A DNA stretch of 64,000 nucleotides, taken from positions 67,379 through 131,378 of the forward strand of contig CAVRCL010000001.1 in the NCBI GenBank assembly GCA_963719555.1, in the 5' to 3' direction. Positions 11,748 to 24,512 of this stretch are shown here, in pieces. This DNA is from Thermoanaerobaculia bacterium. Its GTDB lineage: Bacteria > Acidobacteriota > Thermoanaerobaculia > Multivoradales > JAGPDF01. The stretch's first letter is position 1. Each line of letters opens with the position of its first letter. Position numbers and translations under genes: made by a program. The notes under the pieces were generated by a model. It saw only the letters and a program-made list of their open reading frames with translations, did not search any database and had not been told where the DNA came from.

Positions 11748-12493
11748 CTTCCTCTCTTCCGGCCAGGAAAGCTGCCAGTAGGGGGTCGGTGGAGGCTTCC
11801 GCTTCGGCGAGAGAGCCGACGAATCGGAAGCGGCCCTGGTCGAGAAAGGCGATACGGTCGGCGACCCGGCGCGCCAGGGCCAGGTCATGGGTCACGACGA
11901 TCACGGTCGTCTTCAGCCGGTCGCGGGTCTCGCGGATGAGGCGCGCGATCGAAGCCGAGGTCATCGGATCGAGCCCGGTCGTCGGCTCGTCGAAGAGCAG
12001 CGTCTCCGGCTCGAGCGCCAGCGCCCGCGCGAGGGCAACCCGTTTCTTCATGCCGCCGGAGAGGTCCGCGGGGAGCTTGGTCTCGATTCCCGGCAGGCGG
12101 ACGAGATCGAGCAGCTCGGCGACGCGGCGCGGCAGGCCTTCCTCGTCGATCGCGCGGTGCTCGCGCAGCGGGAAGGCGAGGTTGTCGAAAACGCTCATCG
12201 AGTCGAACAGGGCGCCGCTCTGGAAGAGCATCGCGATCCGCCGGCGCACCGGCAGCAGCTCGCGCTCCGACAGGCCGACGAGCTCGCGGCCGTCGAAGCG
12301 GATCGAGCCGGCATCCGGCGGATCGAGGCCGATCAGCAGGCGCAGGGTCACGCTCTTGCCCGAGCCGGAGCGGCCGAGGATGACCAGGCACTCGCCGCGC
12401 GCGACCTCGAAGTCGAGAGCCGGCGAGCACCGCGCGGGCGCCGTAGCTCTTGCGCAGGTCGCGAATCTCGAACAGTGGCGCGGGAGCGGGCAT
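11731..12493 (-). CDS. mlaF: ABC transporter ATP-binding protein MlaF, frameshifted near the N-terminus
   Basis: MPAPAPLFEIRDLRKSYGA..., then GECLVILGRSGSGKSV (Walker A), LSGGMKKRVALARAL and LLFDEPTTGLDP. It forms the C-terminal half of the artificial 524-aa ORF. Confidence 0.85.
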
Positions 12494-12506
12494 CGGTCGG
12501 GGCGGC

Positions 12507-13305
12507 TCAAAGGAAGGAGAAGAGCTTGGTGAGGAAGAAGTCCGAGACCAGGATCAGGATCGAGGCCAGGACGACGGTGTTGGTGGTCGCCCGGCCGACG
12601 CCGTCGGCGCCACCCCGGGCGGTCAGGCCGTTGTGGCAGGCGACGATGGTGATGAAGAAGGCGAAGAAGAACGACTTGCCGAGGCCGCTCGCGAAGTCTT
12701 CGAGGGTGAGCGCCGTGATCACGTCGTTCCAGTAGAAGGAGGCGGTCAGCTGCAGCTGGAGCACCGCGATCACGAGCCCGCCGAGGATGCCGAGCGACGT
12801 CGCCGATCAGGGTGAGGGCCGGCAGCATGACGAGCGCCGCGGCGAGCTTCGGCACGACGAGCTTGCGGACCGGATCGGCTGCCATGGCGCGCATCGCGTC
12901 GACCTGTTCGGTGACCTTCATCGTGCCGATCTCGGCGGTCATGCCGGAGCCGATGCGGCCGCCGACGATGAGCGCCACCAGCACCGGTACGAGCTCGCGC
13001 ACCGTCGACTTCGAGACCACGGTGCCGATGTAGTACTTGACTCCCAGGCCGGGCAGGGCGAGGGCGGTCTGCAGCGCCAGCACCATGCCGGTGAAGACGG
13101 TGGTGATGGCGGCGACCCCGAAAGAGCGCACGCCGATCTGCTCCATCTGTGCCAGCCAGGCCTTGGTCTCCCAGGGGGGTGTGGCGAGAGAACGCACCGC
13201 GCGCGCGGCGAGCAGGGCGAGCTCCCCGGCCTCATCGGCGATCCTGCCGTAGCGCCCGGCGGCCCTGCGGCCGAGATTCTCGAGGCCTGTCGAGATCGCT
13301 CTCAT
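12507..13305 (-). CDS. mlaE: ABC transporter permease MlaE, one frameshift
   Basis: WLAQMEQIGVRSFGVAAITTVFTGMVLALQT...RELVPVLVALIVGGRIGSGMTAEIGTMKVTEQVDAMRAMAADPVRKLVVPK, continued in ORF 12507..12773 (...GLGKSFFFAFFITIVACHNGL...). Confidence 0.85.
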
Positions 13306-13315
13306 TCGATGTCGG

Positions 13316-13740
13316 TCACGAATCGGGCGGAGTGTCGGCGGCCGGGGCGGTCAGAGGGGCCAGGGGGCGCGAGAAGGCGAGATGCGCGAGCCCGAAGGCC
13401 AGGTCGCGAAAGCGATGGCGTAGAGGCTCGTGAGGTCGGGCCGGCCGAGCGCGGCGGCGGCGATGACCGCGGCTCCCAGCAGGCGAATCGCGACCGCCAG
13501 GCGGACGAAGTCGCGGTGCTTTACGGGATCGCGGGCGACCAGGATATAGAAGCCCGCCAGGCTGACCAGGAATACGGCGATGAGCCAGAGATAGAATCTC
13601 TCCCCGGGCAGCGGGAGCTTGAAAGTTCGGCTGATCCAGGCGGGAAACGCGACGAGCAGCAGGGCGAAAACGCCGTCGTAGGCCGCTCCGGCCTGAAGCG
13701 AGCGGGAAAGTGCCGTTGGCGAGCGCCTCCGCGGGGGCAT
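13316..13740 (-). CDS. Small hypothetical membrane protein
   Basis: From M26 of ORF 13351..13815: ...AYDGVFALLLVAFPAWISRTFKLPLPGERFYLWLIAVFLVSLAGFYILVARDP...AVAIRLLGAAVIAAAAL. The C-terminus probably switches to the frame that ends at 13316. No family recognised. Confidence 0.4.
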
Positions 13741-13838
13741 GGCCGGCAATTCTAACAGGCGTTGAAACGAGAGATTCCGGTGATATCTGTGAGCAGCGCG
13801 AGCTCCGAGACACATGACATCTCCGGCCCCCGAGGCCG

Positions 13839-14607
13839 GTGACGCCTCTCCGGACGCTCCTGGCGACGATCACCGGCACTCTCTACCTGATCGTCGGCAC
13901 GCTCTTTTTTTCCATCGTCTCGATCCTGGTGGCGCCGATTCCACCGCGCGGCAACTGGACGAACCGGGCCGCACGCGCTGTGGGCGAAGGGACTGCTCTG
14001 GTCGAGCTGGATCCGGCTCGACGTCCCCAGTCCGCCGGCGGGGCCCGGGCGGGCCGGCGTTTCGGGCGCCAACGACCGCTTCGTCATCATGGCGAACCAC
14101 CAGAGCCTGTTCGACATCCCGGCGCTGCTGGCGGCAATTCCTGGACAGAGCCGATTCATCGCCAAGCGGAGCCTCTTCCAGATTCCGATCTTCGGCTGGG
14201 CAATGGCGGCCGGGGGTTTCATTCCGGTCGACCGCAAGGATCGATCGACGGCGAAGGACAGCTTCGGTTCGGCGCTCGACAAGCTCTCCCGCGGCGCCTC
14301 GATCGTCGTCTTTCCCGAGGAGCTTCGCTCGCTCGGTGGCAAGGTCCTGCCGTTTCGGCGCGGCGGGTTCCTCATGGCGCTGAAGAGCGGACTGCCGGTC
14401 GTGCCGGTTGGAATCCACGGCACGCTGGCCGTGCAGTCGCGGCGCAGCTTCCTGATCCGGCCGCAGACCGTGACGGTGAATTTCGGCGAAGCGATCGCGC
14501 TCGCCGGGCGCTCGATCCGCGAGCTTCCGGCGATCACGGCCGAGGTGCGCGCCCAGGTGGCGGCGCTCGCCGGGACGGAGTGCGCAGAAGAAGATGTTTC
14601 GCAGTGA
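13839..14607 (+). CDS. plsC: 1-acyl-sn-glycerol-3-phosphate acyltransferase, frameshifted near the N-terminus
   Basis: TM N-terminus TLLATITGTLYLIVGTLFFSIVSILVA. HX4D motif MANHQSLFD. Also FIAKRSLFQIPIFGWAM, IVVFPE...LPFRRGGF and VPVGIHG. Confidence 0.85.
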
Positions 14608-14628
14608 ACCGGAAAGGGTGACGATTCG

Positions 14629-15748
14629 ATGAATGCTCCGAGGGACCCGCAGGGTCCGAACGATCCGAACGGTCCGCAGGGTCCGAACGACGAGAAGATC
14701 TGGGAAGCACTGAAGGGTGTCCGGTTCCCGGGCATGAGCCGGGACATCGTCTCGTTCGGCTTCGTGAAGCAGGTGGGGATCGAGGGCGAGCGCGTGCGCG
14801 TGCGGCTCGCGATCACGACGCAGAATCGCGCCGCGGCCGAGGAGGTGCAGCGGGACGTCGAGCGCGCCGTCGGCGGCGCTGCCGGGCGTCGCGGCGGTCG
14901 CCGTCGAGATCGAGGTCGCGGCGCCGCCGACCCGCGAGGAGTCCGCGGCGCGGGCGATCGCGCCGAATCCGGACCTCATCCCCGAGGTCCGCGCGGTCGT
15001 GGCGGTGGCGAGCGGCAAGGGGGGTGTCGGCAAGTCGACCGTGGCGAGCAACCTCGCGATCGCCCTCGGCCAGGCCGGCCACCGCGTCGGCCTCCTCGAC
15101 GTCGACATCTACGGCCCGTCGCTGCCGACGATGTTCGGCATCGACGAGCGTCCGGTGGTCATCGGCAACCGCATCCGGCCGTTCGAGAAGTACGGCATCA
15201 GGCTCATGTCCCTGGGCTTCATCCTGGACACCGACACGCCGGTCATCTGGCGCGGGCCGATGGTGATGAAGGCGATCGAGCAGATGCTCGGCGACGTCGA
15301 CTGGGGAGCGCTCGACTTCCTGATCCTCGACATGCCGCCGGGCACCGGCGACGCCCAGCTCTCCGTCATCCAGAAGGTCCCGGTCGCCGGCGCGGTGATC
15401 GTCACGACGCCCCAGGACGTCGCCCTCTTCGACGCCCGCAAAGGACTGGCGATGTTCCGCAAGATGGACGTCCCGGTGCTCGGGATCGTCGAGAACATGT
15501 CGACCTTCGTCTGCCCGAACTGCGGCCACGAGACCCACGTCTTCAGGAGCGGCGGCGGCGAGCGCACGGCGAAGGAGCTCGACACGCCGTTCCTCGGCTC
15601 GGTTCCCCTCGACGCCGCGATCGCCGAGGGCGGCGACGCCGGCACCCCGATCGTCATCGCCCAGCCCAAGGGCCCCCACGCCGCGGCGTTCGCGAAAATC
15701 GCCGCCGCCGTGGCGGCGTCGATCGCCGGGCAGGCCCGCCAGGGCTGA
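14629..15748 (+). CDS. apbC: Mrp/ApbC/NBP35-family Fe-S cluster carrier ATPase, one frameshift
   Basis: DUF59-like N-terminus (IWEALKGVRFPGMSRDIVSFGFV), then VAVASGKGGVGKSTVASNLA, LDFLILDMPPGTGD and ENMSTFVCPNCGHE. Confidence 0.9.
14646..14690 (+). repeat. Degenerate 9-bp tandem repeat (5 units) inside the 5' end of apbC/mrp
   Basis: cccgcaggg tccgaacga tccgaacgg tccgcaggg tccgaacga. A 17-nt block ccgcagggtccgaacga recurs at exactly 27 nt spacing (14647 and 14674). It encodes DPQGPNDPNGPQGPND. Confidence 0.85.
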
Positions 15749-15764
15749 GGGCCGGCCGGCGAAG

Positions 15765-15785
15765 CGCCGCCGTCAGCCGGCGGCG
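15765..15785. terminator. GC-rich hairpin between convergent apbC and usp (possible bidirectional terminator)
   Basis: cgccgccg (15765-15772) pairs with cggcggcg (15778-15785). The loop tcagc contains the usp stop codon. There is no U-tract, so terminator function is uncertain. Confidence 0.35.
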
Positions 15786-16667
15786 GGGGGGACGATGATC
15801 ACGCTGCAGCGGGCGTCGCGGGTGACGTCGCTCGCGACGCTGCCGAGCATGAAGCGCTCGAGGCCCGAGCGGCCATGGGTGCCGAGGATCACGAGGTCGA
15901 CTTCGCGCTCGTGGATCTCCGCCAGGATCTCCTCGCTCGGCCGGCCGACGCGGATGCGCCGGCCGACCGATTCCACACTCTTCAGTTTGGCGAGCGTGCG
16001 GTCGAGCTCGTCCAGGGCCAGGCGCTCGACCTGCACGCTGGTGAACTGCAGATCGGTCTGGTCCGGAAAGGGCGACATGACGAACAGCGCTTCGACCGCC
16101 GGTCTGCTCGACTCGCCCAGGGCGCGCAGGAGCTCGCCGCCCCAGGCCAGCGCGTGCATCGAAGGGAGCGAAAAGTCGACCGGCAGCAGAACCTGACGGG
16201 GTGGCTCGAGGAATGCGGAGCGCGTCAGCAGGATCGGCCGGGCGGAGTGCCGCAGAAGGCGATCCGAGGTCGATCCGAGCAGGCGGCGCGCGATCCGCGA
16301 CCCGCTCTCCGCCGGACCGACGACGATCAGGCCGGCGTCGAATTTCTTCGCCGGCCTCTTCGAGCGCGAGGGCCGGAGGAGATGGCGTCAGCCGGAAGCC
16401 GGCGATTTCGCCGGGCTGCGCTCCGACCGCTCGGCCTGCGCCGCAAGGGCGCGCTCGAGTGCCGCCTCGTGGTCCGCGAGGAGCTCGTCACTCGCCCAGG
16501 CGACCGGAAACGGATCGCCGATGTACGGCATCGGGGGGACATAGGCGTGCACGACTTCGAGCTTCGCGCCGACCAGGCGGGAGAAGGCGAGAGCGCTCGC
16601 GAGGACGCCATCGCTCTGCGGCGCCAGCGAGCTTCCGACGACGATGCGGCGTGAGTGGGTGGGTCAT
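15773..16667 (-). CDS. Tandem universal stress protein (two UspA domains), frameshifted
   Basis: AAGGAGG precedes ATG 16667. N-domain: MTHPLTPHRIVVGSSLAPQSDGVL...LEVVHAY. C-domain: ...EILAEIHEREVDLVILGTHGRSGLERFMLGSVASDVTRDARCSVIIVP. Confidence 0.75.
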
Positions 16668-16846
16668 GGCGTCCTCCTTGGCTTTCAGGCAGGAAGCGCC
16701 GGGCGAGAGCCGTCCAGCTTCTGCGAGTGTAGGCCTCTCGCGCAAGGGGCGGAAACACCCCGAGCGCGGGGCGTGTCCCGCCCCACCGGGCAGGGCGCTA
16801 TCCTAGGGCGAAGCCAGTATGGAGTTGGGTTGGAGATGGGGTGGAG

Positions 16847-17526
16847 ATGAAAGTCGCGGTGGTGGCGGATGCACATCTGGGCGGACCGGGCGGCGAGGCG
16901 GCGCCGCTCGCCGAGCAGCTCGGCCGACTGGCGGACGAAGGCGCCCATCGTCTGGTGCTGCTCGGAGATCTCTTTCAGGCCTGGGTGGGATTTCATCAAT
17001 ACGAGACTCCGGGCATCCGCGAGTTCCTCGACGCCATCGCCGGACTTGCGTCGGCGCGGGCTGCGGGTCGACTACGTCGAGGGCAACCGGGATTTCTTTC
17101 TCGCCGAGGGTCCGTATCGCGACTCTTTCGACTCGGTCGGCATCGAGTGCGCCTTCGAGGCCGGCGGGGTGCGCTATCTCGCCGTGCATGGCGATGGCTT
17201 GAACGACCATGACCGCCAATACCTGGCCTGGCGCTGGTTGTCGAAGAGCGGCCCGGTGAAGATGGTCGATCCGCGGCCTGCCGCAAAGAGTCGTCGGCAG
17301 ATTCATCGACTCCGCCGAGCGCCGCCTGTCGCGCACCAACTTCAAGCACAAGGCGGAGGTCCCGGAGGCGGCGATCCGCCGCTACGGCACGCGGCGCCTC
17401 GCCGAGGGCCACGACGTGCTGCTGCTCGGCCACTTTCACGAGCCGCGCCGCTGCCGCGTGCCGGGCGGAGAGATCCGGCTGCTCGATGCCTGGTTCCGGA
17501 GCCGTCGGGTCGAATGGCTCGGATAG
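16847..17526 (+). CDS. lpxH: UDP-2,3-diacylglucosamine diphosphatase (LpxH-type metallophosphoesterase), frameshifted
   Basis: MKVAVVADAHLG, LVLLGDLFQAWVG, YVEGNRDFF, LAVHGD and LLLGHFH, ending ...LLDAWFRSRRVEWLG-stop (TAG 17524-17526). Confidence 0.8.
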
Positions 17527-17543
17527 ACTTTCGCCATGGCTCC

Positions 17544-17588
17544 GGCGATCCGGGCGATCCGGGCAATGCGGGCGATCCGGGCGATCTG
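17544..17588 (+). repeat. 9-bp tandem repeat (5 units) between the lpxH stop and the MBL hydrolase ATG
   Basis: ggcgatccg ggcgatccg ggcaatgcg ggcgatccg ggcgatctg, read directly from the sequence. In frame with the downstream gene it would encode GDPGDPGNAGDPGDL. Confidence 0.9.
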
Positions 17589-17624
17589 AACGCGGCGCCC
17601 GGCGCGACGGGGCTCCGGCTGACC

Positions 17625-18378
17625 ATGCTCGGCAGCGGCACCTCCACCGGGGTGCCGGTCATCGGCTGCGATTGCGCCGGTCTGCCGCTCGGCCGATCCG
17701 CGCAACCGGCGGATGCGGCCGGGCCTGCGCCTGGAGTGTCGCGAGGCGGTTCGATGGTCGTCGACACCTCGCCCGACTTCCGCGAGCAGGCGCTGCGTTT
17801 CGGGATCGACCGGGTCGACGCGGTCCTCTACACCCACTCGCATGCCGACCACGTCTTCGGTCTCGACGACCTGCGGATCTTCAACTTCCGCCAGCGCGGG
17901 TCGATCCCCTGCTTCGGCTCCGCCGAGACCATGAGCCGGATGCGCCAGATCTTCACCTACGTCTTCGAGGAGGGCAGGAAGGCGGCGGCAAGCCGCGGCT
18001 CGAGCTCGTGCCGGTGCGCGCGCCGTTCGAGCTGCTCGGCGACGCCGGTCGTGCCGGTTCCGGTCGCGCACGGCGCGATGGAGGTCTTCGGCTTCCGGAT
18101 CGGGCCGCTTCGCCTGCGTGACCGACGTCAACTTCATCTCCGAGGAGAGCTTCGCGCTGCTCGCCGGCGTCGAGGTGCTGGTGCTCTCGGCGCTGCGCTA
18201 CCGCCCGCATCCGACCCACTTCAGCCTCGCGGAGTCGATCGCCGTGGCGCAGCGGATCGGTGCCCGCCGCACGCTGCTGACCCATGTCGCGCACGACATC
18301 GACCACGGCCGGCTGCTGGTGGAGCTTCCCGCCGGCATCGAGCTCGGCTATGACGGTCTGGTGGCCACCCTCGACTGA
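17625..18378 (+). CDS. MBL-fold metallo-hydrolase (PhnP-like), frameshifted
   Basis: MLGSGTSTGVPVIGCDC, VVDTSPDFREQALRFGIDRVDAVLYTHSHADHVFGLDDLR and AYVTDVNFISEESFALLAGVEVLVLSALRYRPHPTHFSLAESIAVAQRIGARRTLLTHVAHD. An in-frame ATG at 17514 would add a GDP-repeat tail. Confidence 0.75.
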
Positions 18379-18389
18379 GGTCGAGGCGG

Positions 18390-19692
18390 GATCGGCCGGA
18401 CGTCGGCGATCGCCGTCGCCGTTCCGGCCGGCCGTCGGCCGCCGGCCGCCTTCGCCCGCCGTCGTCGAAGAGCCTGACCCATCGCGCCTTCGCCCTCGCG
18501 CTGCTCGCGCGCCAGCGCACGGTGGTCACCCGGCCGCTGCAGGCGGAGGACACCGAGCTTTTTCTCGCCGCGCTCGCGGCCCTCGGCTTCACGCCGCGAG
18601 CCGGCGGTGCGACGGCGTCGAGATCTCCCCGCCGGCCGGCCCTGCCATGCGACGGCCGAGCTCTACTGCGGCAACGCCGGGACGATGTTCCGCTTTCTGG
18701 TGGCGATCGCCGCCACGCTGCCCGGACGCTTCCGGCTCGACGGCGTCGCGCGACTGCGCGAGCGCCCCGTCCGCCCGCTGACCGAGGCCCTGCAGCGGCT
18801 CGGGCGTGGTCATCGACTTCGAAGAGCAGGGGGGCATGCGCCGCTGGTCGTCGTGGGGGCCGCTTGCGCGGCGGCAAGGTGCGGCTCGACGCTCGGCGTC
18901 GAGCCAGTACCTCTCGGCTCTCCTGCTCGCCGGTCAGCGCGCCGCGAGCGCCCTCGAGATCGAGGTGCCGGAGCTCACCTCGGCGCCCTACGTCGGCCTG
19001 ACGCTCGACATGATCGCGCGCTTCGGAGGCCGGGTCGACGTCGCGGGAGGCAACCGCTGGATCGCGCATCCCAGCCCTCTGCGCGCGACGGAGGTCGAGA
19101 TCGAGGCCGACTTTTCCGCCGCCGCCTATCCGGCGGCCGCCGCGGCGCTCACCGGCGGACGGTCCGGATCGATGCGCTGCGCCGAAAGCTCGCGCCAGGG
19201 CGACCGGCGCCTGTTCGACCTGCCTGGCCGAGATGGGGGCGCGGGTCGTCGTGGCACGACGGTGGCGCGACGGTCGGAGGGGCGAGGCGGCGAGCTCGTC
19301 GGCCATCGACGCCGATCTCGGAGACATCCCCGATCAGGTGCCGACGCTCGCCGCGCTCGCGCCGTTCGCGCGCGGCACGACGCGGATCCGCAACGTCGCG
19401 CATCTGCGCATCAAGGAGAGCGATCGCCTGCGCGGCGATGGCCTCCGAGCTTCGCCGCGCCGGTGCCAAGGTCGAGGAACGTTGCCGACGGACTCGTGAT
19501 CGAGGGCGTCTGGGCGGAGCACGGAGCCGGCGGGCGCCCCGGTGCACATCGACCGCACGGCGACCATCGCATCGCCATGGCGATGGCGCTCGTCGGCCTG
19601 CGCCGCCCGAATCTGCGGATCGCCGACCCGGCGTGCGTCGGCAAGTCGTACCCCGGGTTCTGGCGCGATCTCGCGCAGCCTGCTCGGGGTGA
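18390..19692 (+). CDS. aroA: 3-phosphoshikimate 1-carboxyvinyltransferase (EPSP synthase), heavily frameshifted
   Basis: [115 protein letters not shown] and [14 protein letters not shown] lie in three + frames. The start is approximate. Confidence 0.85.
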
Positions 19693-19697
19693 CGGCT

Positions 19698-22934
<3,237 letters not shown>

Positions 22935-22938
22935 CGCT

Positions 22939-23441
22939 TCAGGACGCGAGGCCGGAGCCCGGCTGATGAGTCAGGCGCGGCGAGAGCGCCCGGACGAGCC
23001 GCTCGAGCCCCTCGCGGTCGCGCTCGTCGAAATTCGCCGGCAGGCGCGAGTCGAGGTCGAGCACCGCCGCGAGCTCGCCGCCTTCGTCGAGGACCGGCAC
23101 GACGATCTCCGAGCGGCGCGCTCGTCGCAGGCGATGTGGCCGGGGAAGGCGTGGACATCGGGAACCAGTTGGGTGGCGCGCTCGCGCGCCGCGGCGCCGC
23201 AGACCCCGCGCGAGAACGGAATCTCGAGACAGCCCAGAGGGCCCTGATAGGGACCGACGCGCAGGAGCTCGGGGCCGACGCGACGGTAGAAGCCGGCGAA
23301 GCTCACTCCCGGGACGCGCTCGAAGACCAGGCAGGCGACGGTCGCCATCGCGGCGATGTCATCGTCGATTCCGGCGAGCGTCGCCTCGAGGTCGGCGAGG
23401 AGTCGATCGTAGAGCTCGGGCCGCGACAAGGCTTCGTTCAT
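22939..23441 (-). CDS. GAF-domain free methionine-(R)-sulfoxide reductase-like protein (YebR/MsrC family), one frameshift
   Basis: FAGFYRRVGPELLRVGPYQGPLGCLEIPFSRGVCGAAARERATQLVPDVHAFPGHIACDE, then (shift about 23125) SEIVVPVLDEGGELAAVLDLDSRLPANFDERDREGLERLV. This closely parallels E. coli YebR, recalled from memory. Confidence 0.75.
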
Positions 23442-23475
23442 CGCGGCATCGTACCAACGATCCCCTGCCACTCCC

Positions 23476-24512
23476 TCAGCGACCGCGCAAGTGGTCCCAG
23501 CCGGCAGCGGCGAGAGCCCTCTGGCCGCTCGCGGGATCGGTCTCCGGATCGTCCAAGAAGATGCCTCTCGTTCGCGTGATCACGCCGATCGCGAGTGCGC
23601 GGAATCGCCTTGGCGGGGAAGTTTTTTCGGTAAAGTAAATAGCAGGACGTAGTCTTCCCCGCCACTCTCGACGGACACGGTCGGGATCGAGGCCGAGGCG
23701 ACCGGCGAGCTCCGCGAAGTACGGCGTAGTTGCGGCCCGCAGGGCGGCGCCGTCGAGGCGGGCGCCGACGCTGCTGGCGGTACAGAGCCGGTGCAGGTCC
23801 TTCGCCAGACCGTCGGAGACGTCGATCGCCGCAATGGTGGCGCTGCGACCGCGAGCGGCAAGCCAGCGCCCGAGCTCGAGCTGCGGCGACGGGAGCAGAT
23901 GCCGGAGCACGGCACGGACGGCGGCAGTCCGCAAGCCTCCCTTTGCCGAAAAAGATGCTGGCAGGACGACGCTGCTGCCGCGCGAACGCGCGCCCTGGCG
24001 CACAGCTCGCAGCCCAGAGCCGATTCACCGAGCGTTCCACCGAGCCAGAGACGGTGACCGGGCCGCGCCTCGTCGCGCGCAAGCCTGGCGTCGCCAGAGC
24101 GCCGCTCGCCGATCAACGTCAACGAGAGGTGAAGTTCCTTCGCGACGCGAGGTCGCCGCCGGCGAGCTCGACGCCGTACTCGGCGCAAGCGCCGACCAGG
24201 GCGCGGAAGAAAACTGCGGTGATCGAAACCGGGCGGCGCGGCGAGAGCGAGGAAGGCGAAGCGCGGACGCGCACCGGAGGCCGCGATATCCGAGAGATTG
24301 ACCGCCAGAAGGCGACGCCCGACGACCGCCGGAGCCAGACCGGAGGGGAAGTGTAGGCCCTCGATCTGCTGATCGACGGTGACCACCGTTCCGTTCGGCA
24401 GCGTCGCGGCATCGTCGCCGATGAGCGACCCGCGGGAGCGTCCGAAGCCGGCGCGCGCGGTGAGCGTCCGAAGCCAGGCGACCAGGCCCTCTTCGGACGG
24501 AGCAGGGCTCAC
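23476..24512 (-). CDS. thiL: Thiamine-monophosphate kinase, frameshifted
   Basis: LIGDDAATLPNGTVVTVDQQIEGLHFP...VGRRLLAVNLSDIAASGARP, AAIDVSDGLAKDLHRL and GGEDYVLLFTLP. GTG 24512 overlaps the putative lon stop as GTGA. Confidence 0.8.

Noticed and set aside
11731-13305. A 524-aa ORF suggesting an MlaE-MlaF fusion protein.
   Set aside because: The middle ~170 aa are Arg/Pro-rich nonsense. The true MlaE C-terminus is in ORF 12507..12773, with its own stop. The MlaF N-terminus (MPAPAPLFEIRDLRKSYGA) starts at 12493 in another frame. These are two separate genes bridged by frameshifts.
16668-16846. A possible small RNA or riboswitch in the 179-nt divergent usp/lpxH intergenic region, which contains the hairpin ccccg-agcg-cgggg. 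I also looked at the relatively AT-rich spacer at 52412-52486, upstream of rplS.
   Set aside because: I see only a short hairpin and generic promoter-like sequence. There is no recognisable riboswitch, tRNA (no T-loop GGTTCGAATCC) or leader consensus that I can support by eye.
17544-17588. Whether the short tandem arrays at 17544, 14646 and 54533 could be CRISPR-like.
   Set aside because: The units are 6-9 bp and directly abutting, with no spacers. No cas genes are present. These are simple tandem repeats.
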